64,000 bases of DNA, taken from the human T2T-CHM13v2.0 reference genome, Homo sapiens. Shown piece after piece: positions 29,271 to 43,935 of the stretch. Made by a program: the position numbers and the translations under genes. The stretch is taken from the NCBI RefSeq assembly GCF_009914755.1, contig NC_060936.1; one strand, given 5' to 3'. The number at the start of each line of letters is the position of its first letter. Positions within the stretch are counted from its first letter, which is position 1. Under the pieces are notes generated by a model. That model made no database searches. It worked only from the letters and a program-made list of their open reading frames with translations, and was not told the origin of the DNA.

Positions 29271-30143
29271 TTAGTTTTGCTGGATACAAAATTCTTGGCT
29301 GATAATTGCTTTGTTGGAGGAGGCTGAAGATAGGGCCCCAATCCCTTCTAGCTTGTAGGGGTTTCTGCTGAGAAATCTGATGTTAATCTGATAAGTTAAT
29401 CTGCTATTTATCTTATAGGTTACCTGGTGCTTCTGTCTCACAGCTCTTAAGATTCTTTCCTTCATCTTAACTTTGGATAACCTGAAGACAATATGTCTAA
29501 GCAAAGATCTTTTTGCAATGAGTTTTCCAGTTGTTCTTTGTGCTTCTGGTATTTGGATGTCTAGGTCTCTAGCAAAGCTGGGGAAGTTTTCCTCGATTAT
29601 TCCCCCCAATATGTTTTCCAAGCTTTTAGTGTTCTCTTCTTCCTCAGGAACACCGATTATTCTTAGGTTTGGTCTTTTAACATAACTCCAGACTTCTTGG
29701 AGGCTTTGCTCATATTTTCTTGTTATTTTTTCTTTGTCTTTGTTGGACTGGGTTAATTTGAAGACCTTGTCTTCGAGCTCTGAATTTATTTCTTCTGCTT
29801 GTTCAGTTCTATCACTGAGACTTTCCAGAGCATTTTGCATTTTTAAAAGTATGTCCAGAGTTTTCTGAATTTTTGGTGGTTTTTTCTTTAGGCTCTCTAT
29901 TTCCTGGAATATTTCTCTCTTCACTTCTTGTATCATTTTTTGGATTTCCTTGCATTGGGCTTTGCCTTTCTCTAGTCCCTCCCTGATTAGCTTAATAACT
30001 AACCTCCTGAATTCTTTTTCAGGTAAATCAGGGATTTCCTCTTGGTTTAGATTCATTGCTGGTAAACTAGTGTGATCTTTGTGGGGTGTTGAAGAGCCTT
30101 GTTTTGTCATATTACCAGGGGAGGTTTTCTGGTTCCTTCTCAT
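29271..30143 (-). pseudogene. L1PB ORF1p remnant; 244 codons in the native frame, then a frameshift
   Basis: MRRNQKT...YVKRPNLRIIGVPE...IIEENFP...KERILRAVRQKHQVTYK are L1 ORF1p coiled-coil/RRM motifs; frame lost near 29410. Confidence 0.9.
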
Positions 30144-31929
30144 TTGGATAGGCTCTGTCAGAGGGAAGGTCTAAGGCTAAAGGCTGTTGTTGGCAGATGC
30201 TTTTGTCCCACAGGTATTCCCTTGATGTAATACTCTCCCCCTTTTCCTATGGATGTGGCTTCCTGTGAGCCAAACTGCAGTGATTATTGTCTCTCTTCTG
30301 GGTGTAGCCACCCAGCAAGTCTACCCAGCTCTGGGCTTGTACTGGGGGTTGTCTGCTTAGAGTCCTGTGATGAGAACTGTTTATTGGTCTCTCAGCCGTG
30401 GATCCTGGCGCCTGTTCCAGTGCAGGTGCTGGCGGGTGGGGAGGAGGTGCAATGGACTTGGTGAGGGCACTCAGCTTTAGTAGTTTAATGCTCTATTTTT
30501 GTGCTGGTTGGTCTCCTGCCAGGAGGTGGCACTTTCCAGAAGGCATCAGCTGTAGTAGTGTGGAGAGGGACCAGCGGTGGATGGGGCCCTAGAACTCCCA
30601 AGATTGCATGCCCTTTGTCTTCAGCTACCAGGGTGGATAGGGAAGGCCATTAGGTGGGGGAGGGGCTAGGCGTGTCTGAGCTCAGACTCTCCTTGGGCAG
30701 GTCTTGCTACGGGTGCTGTGGGGGATGAAGGTGAGATTCCCAGGTCGCTGGAGTTGTGTACCTAGGAGGATTATGGCTGCCTCTGCTGAGTCATGCAGGT
30801 TGTCAGGGAAGTGGGGGAAAGCCGGCAGTCACAGGTCTCACCCAGCTCCTATGCAAGCCAAAGGGCTGGTCTCACTCCCACTGTGCCCCCCGCCCCAACA
30901 GCCCGGAGTCTGTTTCCAGTTGGTGGGCAAGAAGGGCTTGAAAACTTGCCCCAGGCTACCCGCCTCCCAGCTGTGAAAGAAAAGGGCTTGGTTCTTCCCC
31001 TACCTGTGGAGTCTGCACACGGGATTTCTGCCCTTCCCATAGTTCTGGCCCAGAGGTTTCTCACCTGGTTCAAATTATTACAAAGTTCAGCTAGAGATTT
31101 TCTTCTCCCTGTGGAGTTTTACACCCTGCTCCTCTGGTCACCCTCCCGATGGATCCCTGTGGTGCCAGGCAGGAATGACCTGCTAGGGGCTGCAGTGAGC
31201 TACCAGGAAACTGCTGCTTCCTCTACTCCTATATTTTGCTAAGCTTTGAGCTGATACTTTAAACCTTTTACTGTTGTTCTGGAGTGAAGGAAGATTTTAA
31301 CTGACTCCTAGTGTAGGAGATTCTATGGAGAGACCAGAATTAAGTGTTCATGTGTGTTAGTTAAGATACTAACATTCTTGTTCAGTTTGATTTGAGGATC
31401 TAGTAGCAATACCAATGCCCTGTGGGTGTCCAATGGTATTATGAAAAATCTGATGAGAAATATTGCTTGTTATAATTTAGATAAGCAGTTGAAAAACATT
31501 TTTAAAAAGTTATATCTGTAAATTAGACATTTTGTTTTGATTAACTGTCATATCTCCAATTGTGTATGGAGTTTCAGCAAGAATATCAGAATAAAGGCAT
31601 CCCAAAATAATTCATTTTAGGGAAGCTATAATATATGTGTGGAACATGCACTAGGTTAATTATTGCAGTCATTTACAATGACATAAGGTTTATGTAGCAT
31701 CATGAAGAAAAATAATGAAAATATTGGGATATGCAGAGAATATATTGCATATATACTATAGTTATGACTATATTCTGAAAGGCACTTTAAAATATTTAGA
31801 AAGAAATACAGCAAAATGCTAACAAATTGTTGGATCATGTGGGTGGGATTTTTTTCTTTCTCTAATTATGAGTTTTAAATAATGTATTTAAATTACTTTC
31901 ATAATGGAAAAGAATGAATAGAACACCAA

Positions 31930-33200
31930 AACAGAAAAGCAAGAATGTATTTGGAAGAGGCATTTCAGGCTTGTAATCAACAGAGTTTCTTGACCTGTGC
32001 ATGTGGCTGATGATCAAGAAGGAGGAGCTGAAGATGATTCCAAGTTTTTCTGAAAAGTTAAATGGATTCTCCAGGATGGAAGGTGCAGGTTTTCAATGAA
32101 GGTAATTGAGTTCAGTTTAGACATTGTTGAGTATTGCAGTTAACCCAAATAGTGAATACAGGAGGTAGGGAAAGGGATTTTTGAAGAAGAAAATCTGTTA
32201 AGTTTTTGCTGTCAGGTTTGTTATAAGCTGAACATCCACCAGACAACTGGTAATTTTATACTGATGTTTGGAACAGAAGTAAGTAGTGATTATCAGTAGG
32301 AGAGCTACCTGCTGATACATAATGACTGCAACTCTGAGTGTTTGTAAAATCACCCAGGAAAAGATCTCAGGGAGGAAAGCAGAGCCAGGGAAAAAACCTT
32401 GTGACACTCAGTTGGGAGGAATGGACTTGAGTGGGTGAGATGGGGATGCAGAGTCCACTTCAGAGGCTAGTGCTTCATTTCTTCTGTGAGTTATTGAGGA
32501 TATTGGGAATAAGAGTTAGACACTGAAAGTAAAAGCTACTTAGGCATATAACTGAGTTTGAGAGGTGATGAAGAAAGTAAATGTGGATGACTCTCAGGTA
32601 AGTACTATTTGAGGGTATGAATGGTAATGTCACCAAACTTATTAATGGAATAAAGAGGGCAAGCAGGTTTAGGGAAAAATCATGGATTTAAATTTTGAGT
32701 CTTAAGAGAGTTCATGGTACATCCAGGAAGAAGTAATCAGTCGGCATGTAGATCGGAGTGGAGCTTATGAGAGAGGTCAGGGCCAGCAATAAAGACCAAT
32801 GTGGAGATGACGGTAAAACTGTGGCGCTGGGTTGACATCCCAGAAAGAGTAGGTCAAACAGTATCAAATACTGCATATAGGGCCAGGACAAAGACTGAGA
32901 GGTAGCTGCTGATTTGGCTGTTGGGAGGGTCATTGGTACTTTGGTCAGAGTATAGGACAAAAAGTCTGAATGCAGTGGGTGGGGTAGTGAGTGGGAAGTG
33001 AGAGATTGGCAACAGCAAATACAGGCCACTCTCAAGAACATTGGTAGATATAAGGTGCAGAGCCCCTTAGACTGGGGAAGAGATGTAGGTTATGGTTTTA
33101 TAATGTAGAAAAGGAGCTAGGGAAGAAAGAGTGGTTGAAAAGACCTCCTTGGGAGATAATGGATCAAGTAGGCCCTAAAGAAGGTGGAGGGGAGTGGCGA
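31930..33200 (-). mobile_element. L2 relics
   Basis: Purine-rich L2 motifs (gaagatgattccaagttttt, gagttcagtttagacattgttgag, ggagggtcattggtactttgg). Confidence 0.65.
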
Positions 33201-35229
33201 TACCTGTTGCTCTAAGGAGACCACCCTGAAACACCTTGTAAACACATATTCAACCAAGAGTTCTCTTCCTCTCTCTATATACATGCAAACTTAAATTTAT
33301 GTTATAACTAGTCTGGGATTGTTCCAGAAAAATAATTAACAATCTTTAAATAAATATGTTCCTGCTGTTCTTCACCCTTGAGCTAGCTATTAGAGTTACC
33401 CAAGTAAGGAACAGCTCCATTATCAATCAGGTCCTGAAATTTGGATTGCCTGCCCTTTGATTTTGAAATCAAAGCCTATTTCTCCTCAATTCTTTGACAG
33501 TGGAGACTGCCTTACTTTCATCAATAGGTGCCCGAAGCGAATATTCCTTGGAGCTTATCTGTTAAGTCCTATCACCCCAAAATATCCTCCAAGTTTGGCA
33601 AAAATCGACCTAGCTTTTTTTCTTACTTTATAAGGTAGTAATAGAGAAAAAGTCAATTTCATTTACCTATACATTAAGCATATAGTGCATATTTTGCATA
33701 TATTGCCCCAAACCTTCATTTTTAGAGTAAAGAAAAAACAAAGGTCTTAAGGGGTGACTAAGTTGTCTAGGGTCGTAGAGCTGGGCAACAGCACAGCAGG
33801 AACCAGAAATGAGGCTCACTGGCCTGAGTATCTTATATTGTATGGCATGTGATTGCCAATTTATATCAAACATGTGAATGCTTTTTCTTTCTTTCACTTC
33901 TTTTTCTTTAAATGTGTATACTGTGTTTGTCGTACTTGGCTTCAAACAATAGGTTCATCTTCTTATTACTGTGGACGATCTGTTTGAAAGTTTTGCTACC
34001 TTCAGGTGTGAAAGGATCTGGCTGCCAAATAAATGAAATACTGTTTCCACTTGCCTCAACTGTGATCTTATAAAGCAGCTATAATTGGTTTATTCCCTTT
34101 GTCAAAAGAATGAGTTTGTAGGACTTCTTAAGCTTTAACATTTGCACGGTTGCATATACCATGTCTGGAGTGATGTATAAGTAATAAAAAATAAAAATAA
34201 AATGAAACAAACCTATCTTAGAACTGGTATATTATTGATTTCAGAAGTTGGTTGGTTCTAGTTTTATAGATTTAAATATAAAACATATGAAAAGATTCTT
34301 TTGAAATTGAGCCTTTAAGGTTTTCTTAGAAGAGGAGATTTTGTATGTGTCAATTGAATTAAACATGACGGGGGATTCCCAGGGTGGAAATTTGAGCTCT
34401 TTAGAGAGTGTTAGGTGGTTGGACTGAAGGGACAAATAATGCAGAGACTTGGAAAGTTTGTAGGTCTTATCAAATCTTATTTACCCTCTTGAGGGTGGCA
34501 GCTTGTAAATCAAATTAAGATGTGTCACTGTTGGTAACTAAATTCCATGATAATTTTTCAATTATTTTCTGTGGCAATAATCCTGCGTATTTAGTTTGGG
34601 TTGATTCCATTTCATTTTGGAACTGGAAGTTCATTTGTATATCATGGACCTTTTTTGTTTCATTTGAATGATATAAATTTTTTGATGACAGAGTACAACT
34701 AAACAAAACAAACCTATAGCCATTGCCGACTCTGTTATATTTAAGGGTGTTTCTTCAAAATCAAGACATAAATAAAGTGCATCAACAAATAGGAATGGGT
34801 TGGTCTGACTTTAACAATTATGTGGGCAGGAGTAGGCTTAAATTATAGCTCAGCAGTTGGGGAAACCCTTCTTATTCTAAGAAGCTGAAGTCAGTGACTT
34901 GGAAATAACATCAGTGTGTTAAGAGTTCAGTGTGTGACACGTGTTACTTATTTGCTGTGGACATCACTATAGTGCATACACTTTGGCATTTTGAGGATTG
35001 AAAATTGTCATAGTGATTGTTTTTCATGTTTGTATTAGGTGATTTTCTTTTTCATTGATTTTAAAAGCCTACTATGCATCTTGTTCTAAATTTTTAAAAA
35101 ACAGAAAAAACTTAAATAGAAACACTGCCATATTAAACTTACCATGTAGAGGTAACTACTGTAAACATTTGGGTCTTCTTCCCTCCTGGATTTAAAATAT
35201 ATTAATAATAATAGTAATACCAATAATAA

Positions 35230-35490
35230 TAAAAACAAAACAATAACATAATACCAGCTAACATTTATTGAGAACTATGAACCAGACACTTCTCTGTGTG
35301 ATTTATATACATTTCTTCATTTGATTCTAACAAAATATTATGGGGTAGGTAATATTACCATTCCAATATTACAGGGGACTAAGACACAGAGAGGTTAAAT
35401 AACTTGGCCAAAGGTACACAGAGTAAAGTGTGGAGTGTTTGAGTGTAAATTCAAGCAGTCTGAACTGTTACTTTCTGCTGCCACAAATAT
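35230..35490 (-). mobile_element. MIR
   Basis: agctaacatttattgag...aggttaaataacttggccaaagg. Confidence 0.75.
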
Positions 35491-35728
35491 ATGCTCATTT
35501 ATATTTGATTTAAATTATACGTTAGAAACAATGTAATATTCTGCGTTTTTAAAAACTTATTTTCATAAAGATTTCTCATGTTAATAATTCTTTATAAATG
35601 TAAAGTCATCTAATTTTTCATTATATAGCTGTACCCTATTATATATAATTATTCCCTTTAAGTCAGGCATTTAGATTGTTTATAGGTATTTAATATAAAT
35701 AATGCTATGATGAACTATTTTTATATAA

Positions 35729-36060
<332 letters not shown>

Positions 36061-37502
36061 ATCTGATAATTTTCTTAGGATAGATGTCTAGAAGTAGAAT
36101 TATTGCCTGCTATGAAGACATTTTAATGTCACACTTTTCTAAATTATTATGACTACAAGGCCATTTGGAAAAAAATACCCCACATCTACACATAAACTTC
36201 AAATCTTCCTTAAAATTTAATTAATGGGACTACTTACATTTTAGAAGCTTTTATGATGTGATGAGAGAAGGCAGCAGGCTAAGCAACGGGGAGACCATTC
36301 TCTAAGTCAAGCCTGACCTTTGCTCATTAACAGGCCACTGCCTTATCTTTGTATGAAACTCCTGGAGTTAATCCATACACAGAGTACCCATTGGTTTTGA
36401 ATATGCTGTGTTCTCAGAGCAGCTTTTTAGGGGAACACAGCAAGAACAGAAATTAGGCCAAAGATTGCAGAGCATGTGCAGATGCTTAAAAGGCACAGCA
36501 CAAAATGTTGTTTTTAATCACAATTCTTACAGACTTCTTTGTAACAAAAAAAAGAGCATAAAATAAAATTCTGTCCCAAAGGAGCAGTTAGCATGAATAT
36601 AGGAATTCCAAGGTACATTATGAAATAAAGACAGAACGAGGCCTTGGGAAACATCTTTATTGTTGAAGCGGAAGTACCAGTGATTTGAATACTTCTTCAA
36701 TCAGTACCAGTGATTTGAGTGTCCCTAAAGTGCTACTGGTGGTGGTAGAACTCAGTTCCCCAAAATATTTTTGCTTCTATTAGTAACCCACCTGCTTTTC
36801 TCTATTTTCTTGTTTAGTTCTTCACTTCTGTCTTTCATCCTGGCCTTATCATTCCCACCCCCCAAAAACCATTTATTTGGCTTTATCTTAGTTTACATAT
36901 GTATATGTATATGCACACACACACACGTGCATGTATGTGTGCATGCATATGCATGTAAATATTTTTAAAAATATGTACGGTCTTCATTAGCCAATAGTCC
37001 TGGCCCTTAAGTGAAAATATAAATCATTATGCAATGTCCCCTCTTTATTCTTTGTCTTCACTTGGTGTTTCCATGCTGTCCCCTGTTCCAGGCAGATTTT
37101 TCCACCTGGGACCAAATTTGTCATGGCTATTTTCTGAAAAATGATGGCTAACTAATCGAGTGAGCAAACTCATGCTAAATGAAAGGGTATGTTCCTGGCT
37201 CTAGTAAACTGAAAAATGAAAGCAAGAGGCTTAAATACAAAGTGATTATAATGAGAATACATAAATTTCTAATAGCATTTAGGATTGTCTAGGAGATTAA
37301 GTTTCTGCAGTTATACCTTTCCTTAAATAACATACAAATGCCCCTTTCTCAATGCTCCCTCAGGGAAGGTAAAACTATGTATAATGTTACCTATTATATA
37401 GGATCTATTGGTTCTTTATTCAGAGGCTTAGGTTTAAATTCTTGACTTTCAAGGAACACTATAGAAAAAACTCCCCCTTGGTGACTCTCTAAATACCAAA
37501 CA

Positions 37503-37638
37503 ACTGTGGCTCCCAAATTTGGCTGCACATCTGAGTCCCCTGGAGAGATTTATAAAAATGCAATGAGGCCTGGGAATTTACATTTTTTCAAAAGCTCCCC
37601 AGTTGATTTTGCTGCTCAGCCAGGTTTGAGGACTGCTG
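37503..37638. mobile_element. MER5-type hAT-Charlie relic
   Basis: tggctgcacat...cctggagag...aagctccccag...ccaggtttgaggactgctg. Confidence 0.75.
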
Positions 37639-37935
37639 TTAAAGTGGCTGCTTGGACATTAGCTAAGTCATTTTCTGTGCCTTCAGTGGATGTTCAGTAG
37701 GTGGCTAACAGTTATTGAGCATGTACATTGTGCCAATCACCATGACATTTTACAGCCAAGGAAATTTGTTTAGGTTTGTGAGTGGCAGAAACGGCGTTGA
37801 AGTGTCCAACCCTCATTTTTATGATGCTTCTCAACAAAACGTTGATTTAATTACCAAAAAAGGTAAGGGACAGGCTGAAGTTAAAAACTCACTCATTAAC
37901 TCTCACATCTTAGTCAATCGGTTTCTTCATCATAA

Positions 37936-38261
<326 letters not shown>

Positions 38262-38269
38262 AAGATACT

Positions 38270-38710
38270 TTTTACTTTATTATGAAATAATTTTATACTT
38301 AGAGAAGAGTTACAAAGCTAGTACAGAGAGTTTCTATATACGCTTCACCCAGCTTCCTCTAATGTTAATTTCTCATGTAATTTATATCTAATATAAACAT
38401 TTTACATAACCATAGTATATTTATCAAAATAAGAAATTAACATTTGGGCTTCCCCAGTTTTTATACTATCTGAGTTCATTCAGGTTGCTATGAAAAATAC
38501 CTTACACCTGTTAATTTATAGATAACAGAAACTTATTGCTCACAGTTCTGAAGGCTGGGCAGTCCAAGATCAATCCAAGATCAAAACACTGGCAGCTCTT
38601 TTGTAGAGTATCCTTCATTTTGAGTTTGTCTGATATATTCTTATTATTACATTGATGTTATGAATTTTGAGATATACCCCAGAAGTGATATATTTGTGTT
38701 GCATTGTACT
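38270..38710 (-). mobile_element. L1MC-type 3' end relic with an MLT1 fragment (~38468-38595)
   Basis: gtacagagagtttctatatacgcttcacccagcttcc; ttattgctcacagttctgaaggctgggcagtccaagatcaa. Confidence 0.65.
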
Positions 38711-40942
38711 GGGGCCTTTGTAAGATTTTTGACAAAAAATACATGTATTCTCTCATTAGATATATTTAAGTAACAGATAGATGACTATTTGCAATGCTGA
38801 ATGAATCTCTGTGCTGTGTGGGGCTGGATCTTCAAGACCCCTTTCAACTCTAAAAGTCTAAAACTAATAATTGAGCATTGCAAATAAAAAGTCACATATG
38901 AAAGATGAATATGAAATTTGAGTAGAGCTCAAAGACTAGAGAATTAATTTTCCAAATAGTGATCCCTACTTTAAAGAGTATTAGGGTTTTCCTACCTGGG
39001 GGCTGAACTCAGAATGTGTTCTCTGCTTTGTACTGGGGGCTTTTCCCAATGTGGAATTGGGAATGTGGAATCCCAATGTGGAATTGACCTTCAGTCAATT
39101 TCCCCTTATTATAGCCCCTGAAGTGGCATCTGTAAATGCATGTTTGCTATGGGTAATTGAAGCTACTAGGTTTCTCTTGTGGTTTTCCTCTGTGTTACTA
39201 AAGATTAAATTGATGTGTAGTTGAGTAGCAAGCCATCTAATTTGAAAGATAGAAATGACCTGACTCTAACTATGAGTGTAGTTTGGATATGTTAAGTAAC
39301 CTTTTTGTCTTAATTTTTCCAGCTGTGAAGCATAATTCCTACTGAAATATATTGACTTCTACAAGTATTGGACTAAAAACATATCTCCAGAAATATAACA
39401 CCTACCCCTGGCAAAGTCTGATGTAACATGGTTAACCTAGAAGAGTTAATGCTGTGTGTCAACATATGCCTTGTAAAGGTGCTACATTATATAATTGTAA
39501 AAATGAAAACACTAAACAAAAGAGTTTATTTGAAATCTACTAAAGTCCCTCTGGTGAAAAGGAGGCACGATTTTAACACTGTAAATGCTATGTTGGCATG
39601 TCAGCTGTATATCTTGGAAAGACCACAGTGCTATGGAAAATGGTCTCAGAAATTAGAATGCCTGATTTAGCCAAAAGGCTTCAGCCACCTGCCAGATATA
39701 TGACCCCCTAACAAATCATCTAATTGCACCACTTGGCTTCTTCATCTGTTACAGTAGACAATCAGACATGAATTCTAAGATTCCACCTCCTAAAATCTAT
39801 AATTCTTTGATTTTTTTCAAGACCTCAGCCTACATATCCGTAAAGTGATTGATTCTGTCTTGCTAATACTGTTCATAAATACATATTTCTGATATTCCTT
39901 TGACCATTCAGAAAATGCTTGGCTACCCATTTTTTCCAGCCTGAAAAAGCAACTTAAAAAATGGTTAATCATTTGTTTGAAAAAATTGATGCTTTTTTGT
40001 TATATATAAAATGACCTCTTCAATCTCAACAGAGAATATGGGATCTGGTCATGTTTGAAATAGAAAATGATGTCATAAGTAAATACGTATAAAATTTAAT
40101 GATTAAACTATCTGCTCTAGATGTTCCAAGTTATTTTATTGGCATGAAAACTGTAAAGTGTTTGGAAAACAGTTTCATTGTGACAGGTATAATCAACACA
40201 TTTTCTATAGTTGCAGACCTGTTCACAAACAATGTTAAAAGAAAAATAAAGTGACATAATGTCTGGGAAAGAATTCCCTAATAGAAACAGACCCAAGTCC
40301 ATGGTTTGTGGTTTTGCAAGTATACAATTCCTTCTGGGAGGCCTTCTGGACAGATTTGTATCTATCCTAAAAGGAGTATCTATGTTTAACTGCACAAAGG
40401 TGATATCTCTTCTGTGTGGTCTGGTCCCTTCTGTTATCCTTGCTGATCTAAGAGAAAGAAGCATGTTACCCTATCAAACTCCAAACTACACTTTATGAAC
40501 ATCTACTTCCTTCTGTAACCTTTGCCAGCTCTAGCTAACCCTTAAAGGTTCAGGACAAAATACCTTTTGAGGGTCTTTAATGTCAGCTTCAGTCAATTTC
40601 TCATCATGCTGAAAGGCAAATGGAGCTTTGTGATAGGCCAAATGTGTCATGAATAAGCAAACATACCAATTCATGTTGAATTCTAGTGTGGGATCATTCC
40701 CATTTAAGAGTTATTTGTTTTTAAAAATAATGGGGAATCAAACTCTTCAATTATGATTTTTTGTAATAGTTTTAATGGTTTACAATAGACCACCTTCAAA
40801 TAAATATATCGGCTGCTTTGGTGATCAGTTTCAAAATCAGAATATTCAAATTTACATAGAAAATGGCAAAATCAAACACACTTTTCAACAATGCCTATAA
40901 AACTTGTCATTACACTATAAATATGAATATCACACTCAATCT

Positions 40943-41116
40943 CAGTTGTGTAGTAAATGTTTAACAGCTAGCTCTCTGGGGGAAAACCTTTGATATTTGT
41001 AGTGTTTGCCCATGTTCATGGTGTAAATAATCTCATTATGGCCAATTTCAAGCAACCCAAGTTATTGAATATGGAATTGGGAAGAAATGTGTACAGTCAG
41101 CTCTAGTACACCACTG
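40943..41116 (-). mobile_element. MER63A-type hAT-Blackjack relic
   Basis: cagttgtg...gtaaatgtttaacagc...ggtgtaaata...ggccaatttcaagc...tacaccactg. Confidence 0.75.
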
Positions 41117-41261
41117 ATCATACCCATTAGATGAATGAAGAAAGATGAAAACCATTTGGCAGAGTCATAGACGGCAAAAGGCCTGTTTCCCAGGTTCAGT
41201 CCTGCAAGCCCAGCAATTTCAGACGTACTTGCCTACTTCACAACATTAAGAATATGTTTCT

Positions 41262-41400
41262 GGTCAGGTGCAGTGGTTCGAGTCTGTAATCCGAGCTACT
41301 CAGGAGGCAGGGGTGGGAGGAAGGCTTGAGATCAGTAGTTCGAGACCAGCCTGGGCAATGTGGTGAGACTTTCTAAAAAAATTAATTAATTAAAAAAATA
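41262..41400 (+). mobile_element. FLAM (free left Alu monomer)
   Basis: Single ~115-bp monomer ending gttcgagaccagcctgggcaa...gagact plus A-rich tail. Confidence 0.85.
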
Positions 41401-42074
41401 GTAATTTTCTGTACAAAAGTAGATTAAAACCAAATGTAATTTCTTTTTGATAAGACTTTTTACCACTATTTAAAAAATGAATTCTTAAGAATTGAGTAAT
41501 TTTCATTCAAAATTACATGTGTAAGAGATTCCTCTACATGAAATTAGAGAGTACTCTTAGGCTGTTCAGCCATACAAAGCAGACAAATAAGTGAATAGTG
41601 AGTGTCCTGTTGCTCAGCCACTGAATAAAGACAGCCCTGGAGATCTTAGCTGTCGCAGCTTCCTATAACTTTGAAGAAAAGAAATTTGAGAGCTAGGACT
41701 TTGCTCCCATGGGCTGTGCAACGCGATCTGGTTGCACCCTTTTGCCATGTCATAGAAAAGTCAAATCCTCTTCCTTACTTTTGGGTCCTAATTAAGCCTT
41801 ATTTTAAAAGAACAGCTAAAATTACAATTCTGACATTTGACAGGAAAGACTCTGAAGATAAACTTGGCAAATGGTTACTTAAAGTTCTTAGCTAATGAAA
41901 GTATTTATTTGTTTTATGGTGTTTGCTGTAATCAGAACACATATACGTTCACACCTCTTTTGAATGCTTGTATTCATTAAATGTCTGCTTAAAATACCTC
42001 TTCCTCAGGCTAAGGACTTCCCTCTGCCCCATTTCTGGAGGGAATGTTCATTTAAATGTTACCTTCATAAATCT

Positions 42075-42250
42075 TTTAAAAATAAATATTTTACATATTT
42101 AAGATACACAACATGACATTATCAGATACATATATAGTAAAATGATTACTACGGTGAAACCAATTAACATATTCATCATGCCATCTAGCTACTCACCCAC
42201 CCCACATCCCCCCACCCTCGCCCCCATGACAAGAGCAGCTATAATCTCCT
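42075..42250 (-). mobile_element. L1MA-type 3' end fragment
   Basis: catatttaagatacacaacatg...aattaacatattcatc. Confidence 0.65.
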
Positions 42251-42660
42251 GAACACTTTTTCTGTTTCTCTTCTTTCTCTCCCTTTCTTCTTTCCTGCTG
42301 CCCTCTCTCCCCACTCCCCCCAGCTCTTTTCATGAAGAATGTGAAGAAATAAACCCGGAAATTGAAACACAAATACAGGAAATTCCAGGGTAAGCTTCAT
42401 ATGGGAGAGTTAATATGGTCATCAGGATGTTGCATTTTAGACTCTTCTGATGTATTGACTATACTAGTATAAGGTAACCAGATGTCCTACGTTAGGCAAG
42501 ACGGTGTCTGAGATTTCAGCTTGTTTTCTCTTGACAATATTTCTCCTCAAATGCTGCTACTAAAGCCACCCTGTTTACTGGCTTATTTTGATTATAGAAA
42601 TGCTGAAAGCCTCCCTGACAATCCTACTTGTCTTCTGGGGTCCTGGGAAGTGGGCATTTG

Positions 42661-42905
42661 ACCGCATGTTCTCACTTATAGGTGGGAGCTAAACAATGAC
42701 TACACGTGGTATTAAGGTGGAAAGAATAGACACTGGGGATTCCAGAAGGTGAAAGTGAGGGAAGGAGGCCAGGCTAAAAACTATCTAGTGGGTACTATGT
42801 TCATTATTTGGGTTCACTAGAAGCCCAACCCCCAATATCATCCAACATACCCATGTGACAAACCTGCACATGTACCCTCTGAATCTTAAGAATAAAAGAG
42901 AAAGA
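42661..42905 (+). mobile_element. Short 5'-truncated L1PA/PB 3' end
   Basis: ccgcatgttctcacttataggtgggagctaaac...acaaacctgcacatgtaccctctgaatct...aataaaag. Confidence 0.88.
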
Positions 42906-43282
42906 GAGAGGACACACAGATTTCCATTAAATATTTCAACTTTTCTGTGTGGCTGAAATTTTTCATTCAAATTAAAAAATAATAGGAAGAAAAAGAAAGT
43001 GGATATTTGATCTGAGATGAGCTACGATAGTACTCAAAAGGCAGCAGCAGAGAACTCAATCATTCACTAGCTGGACCAGTCATTGCCATCTAGCAGAGAA
43101 CAAGTCCGTAGCCAAGGGCCTTCCTTTCTAGTGGCAGAGGTAAAGAAAGGTGCTTTGCTTGAGCATCATGAGGATTCTTTGCTTTACCAAACTTTAGTCA
43201 GGTTCCTGGACCTTCTCCTAGGCCCATCTGTGCACCTCCTTGTAAAATCCAGTTTTAGAAAGTCCCTGCTAAGTTTGTTTAG

Positions 43283-43935
<653 letters not shown>

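Noticed and set aside
40117-40498. Overlapping 115-aa and 79-aa ORFs in apparently unique DNA
   Set aside because: No recognisable domain or exon structure; lengths are within chance expectation.
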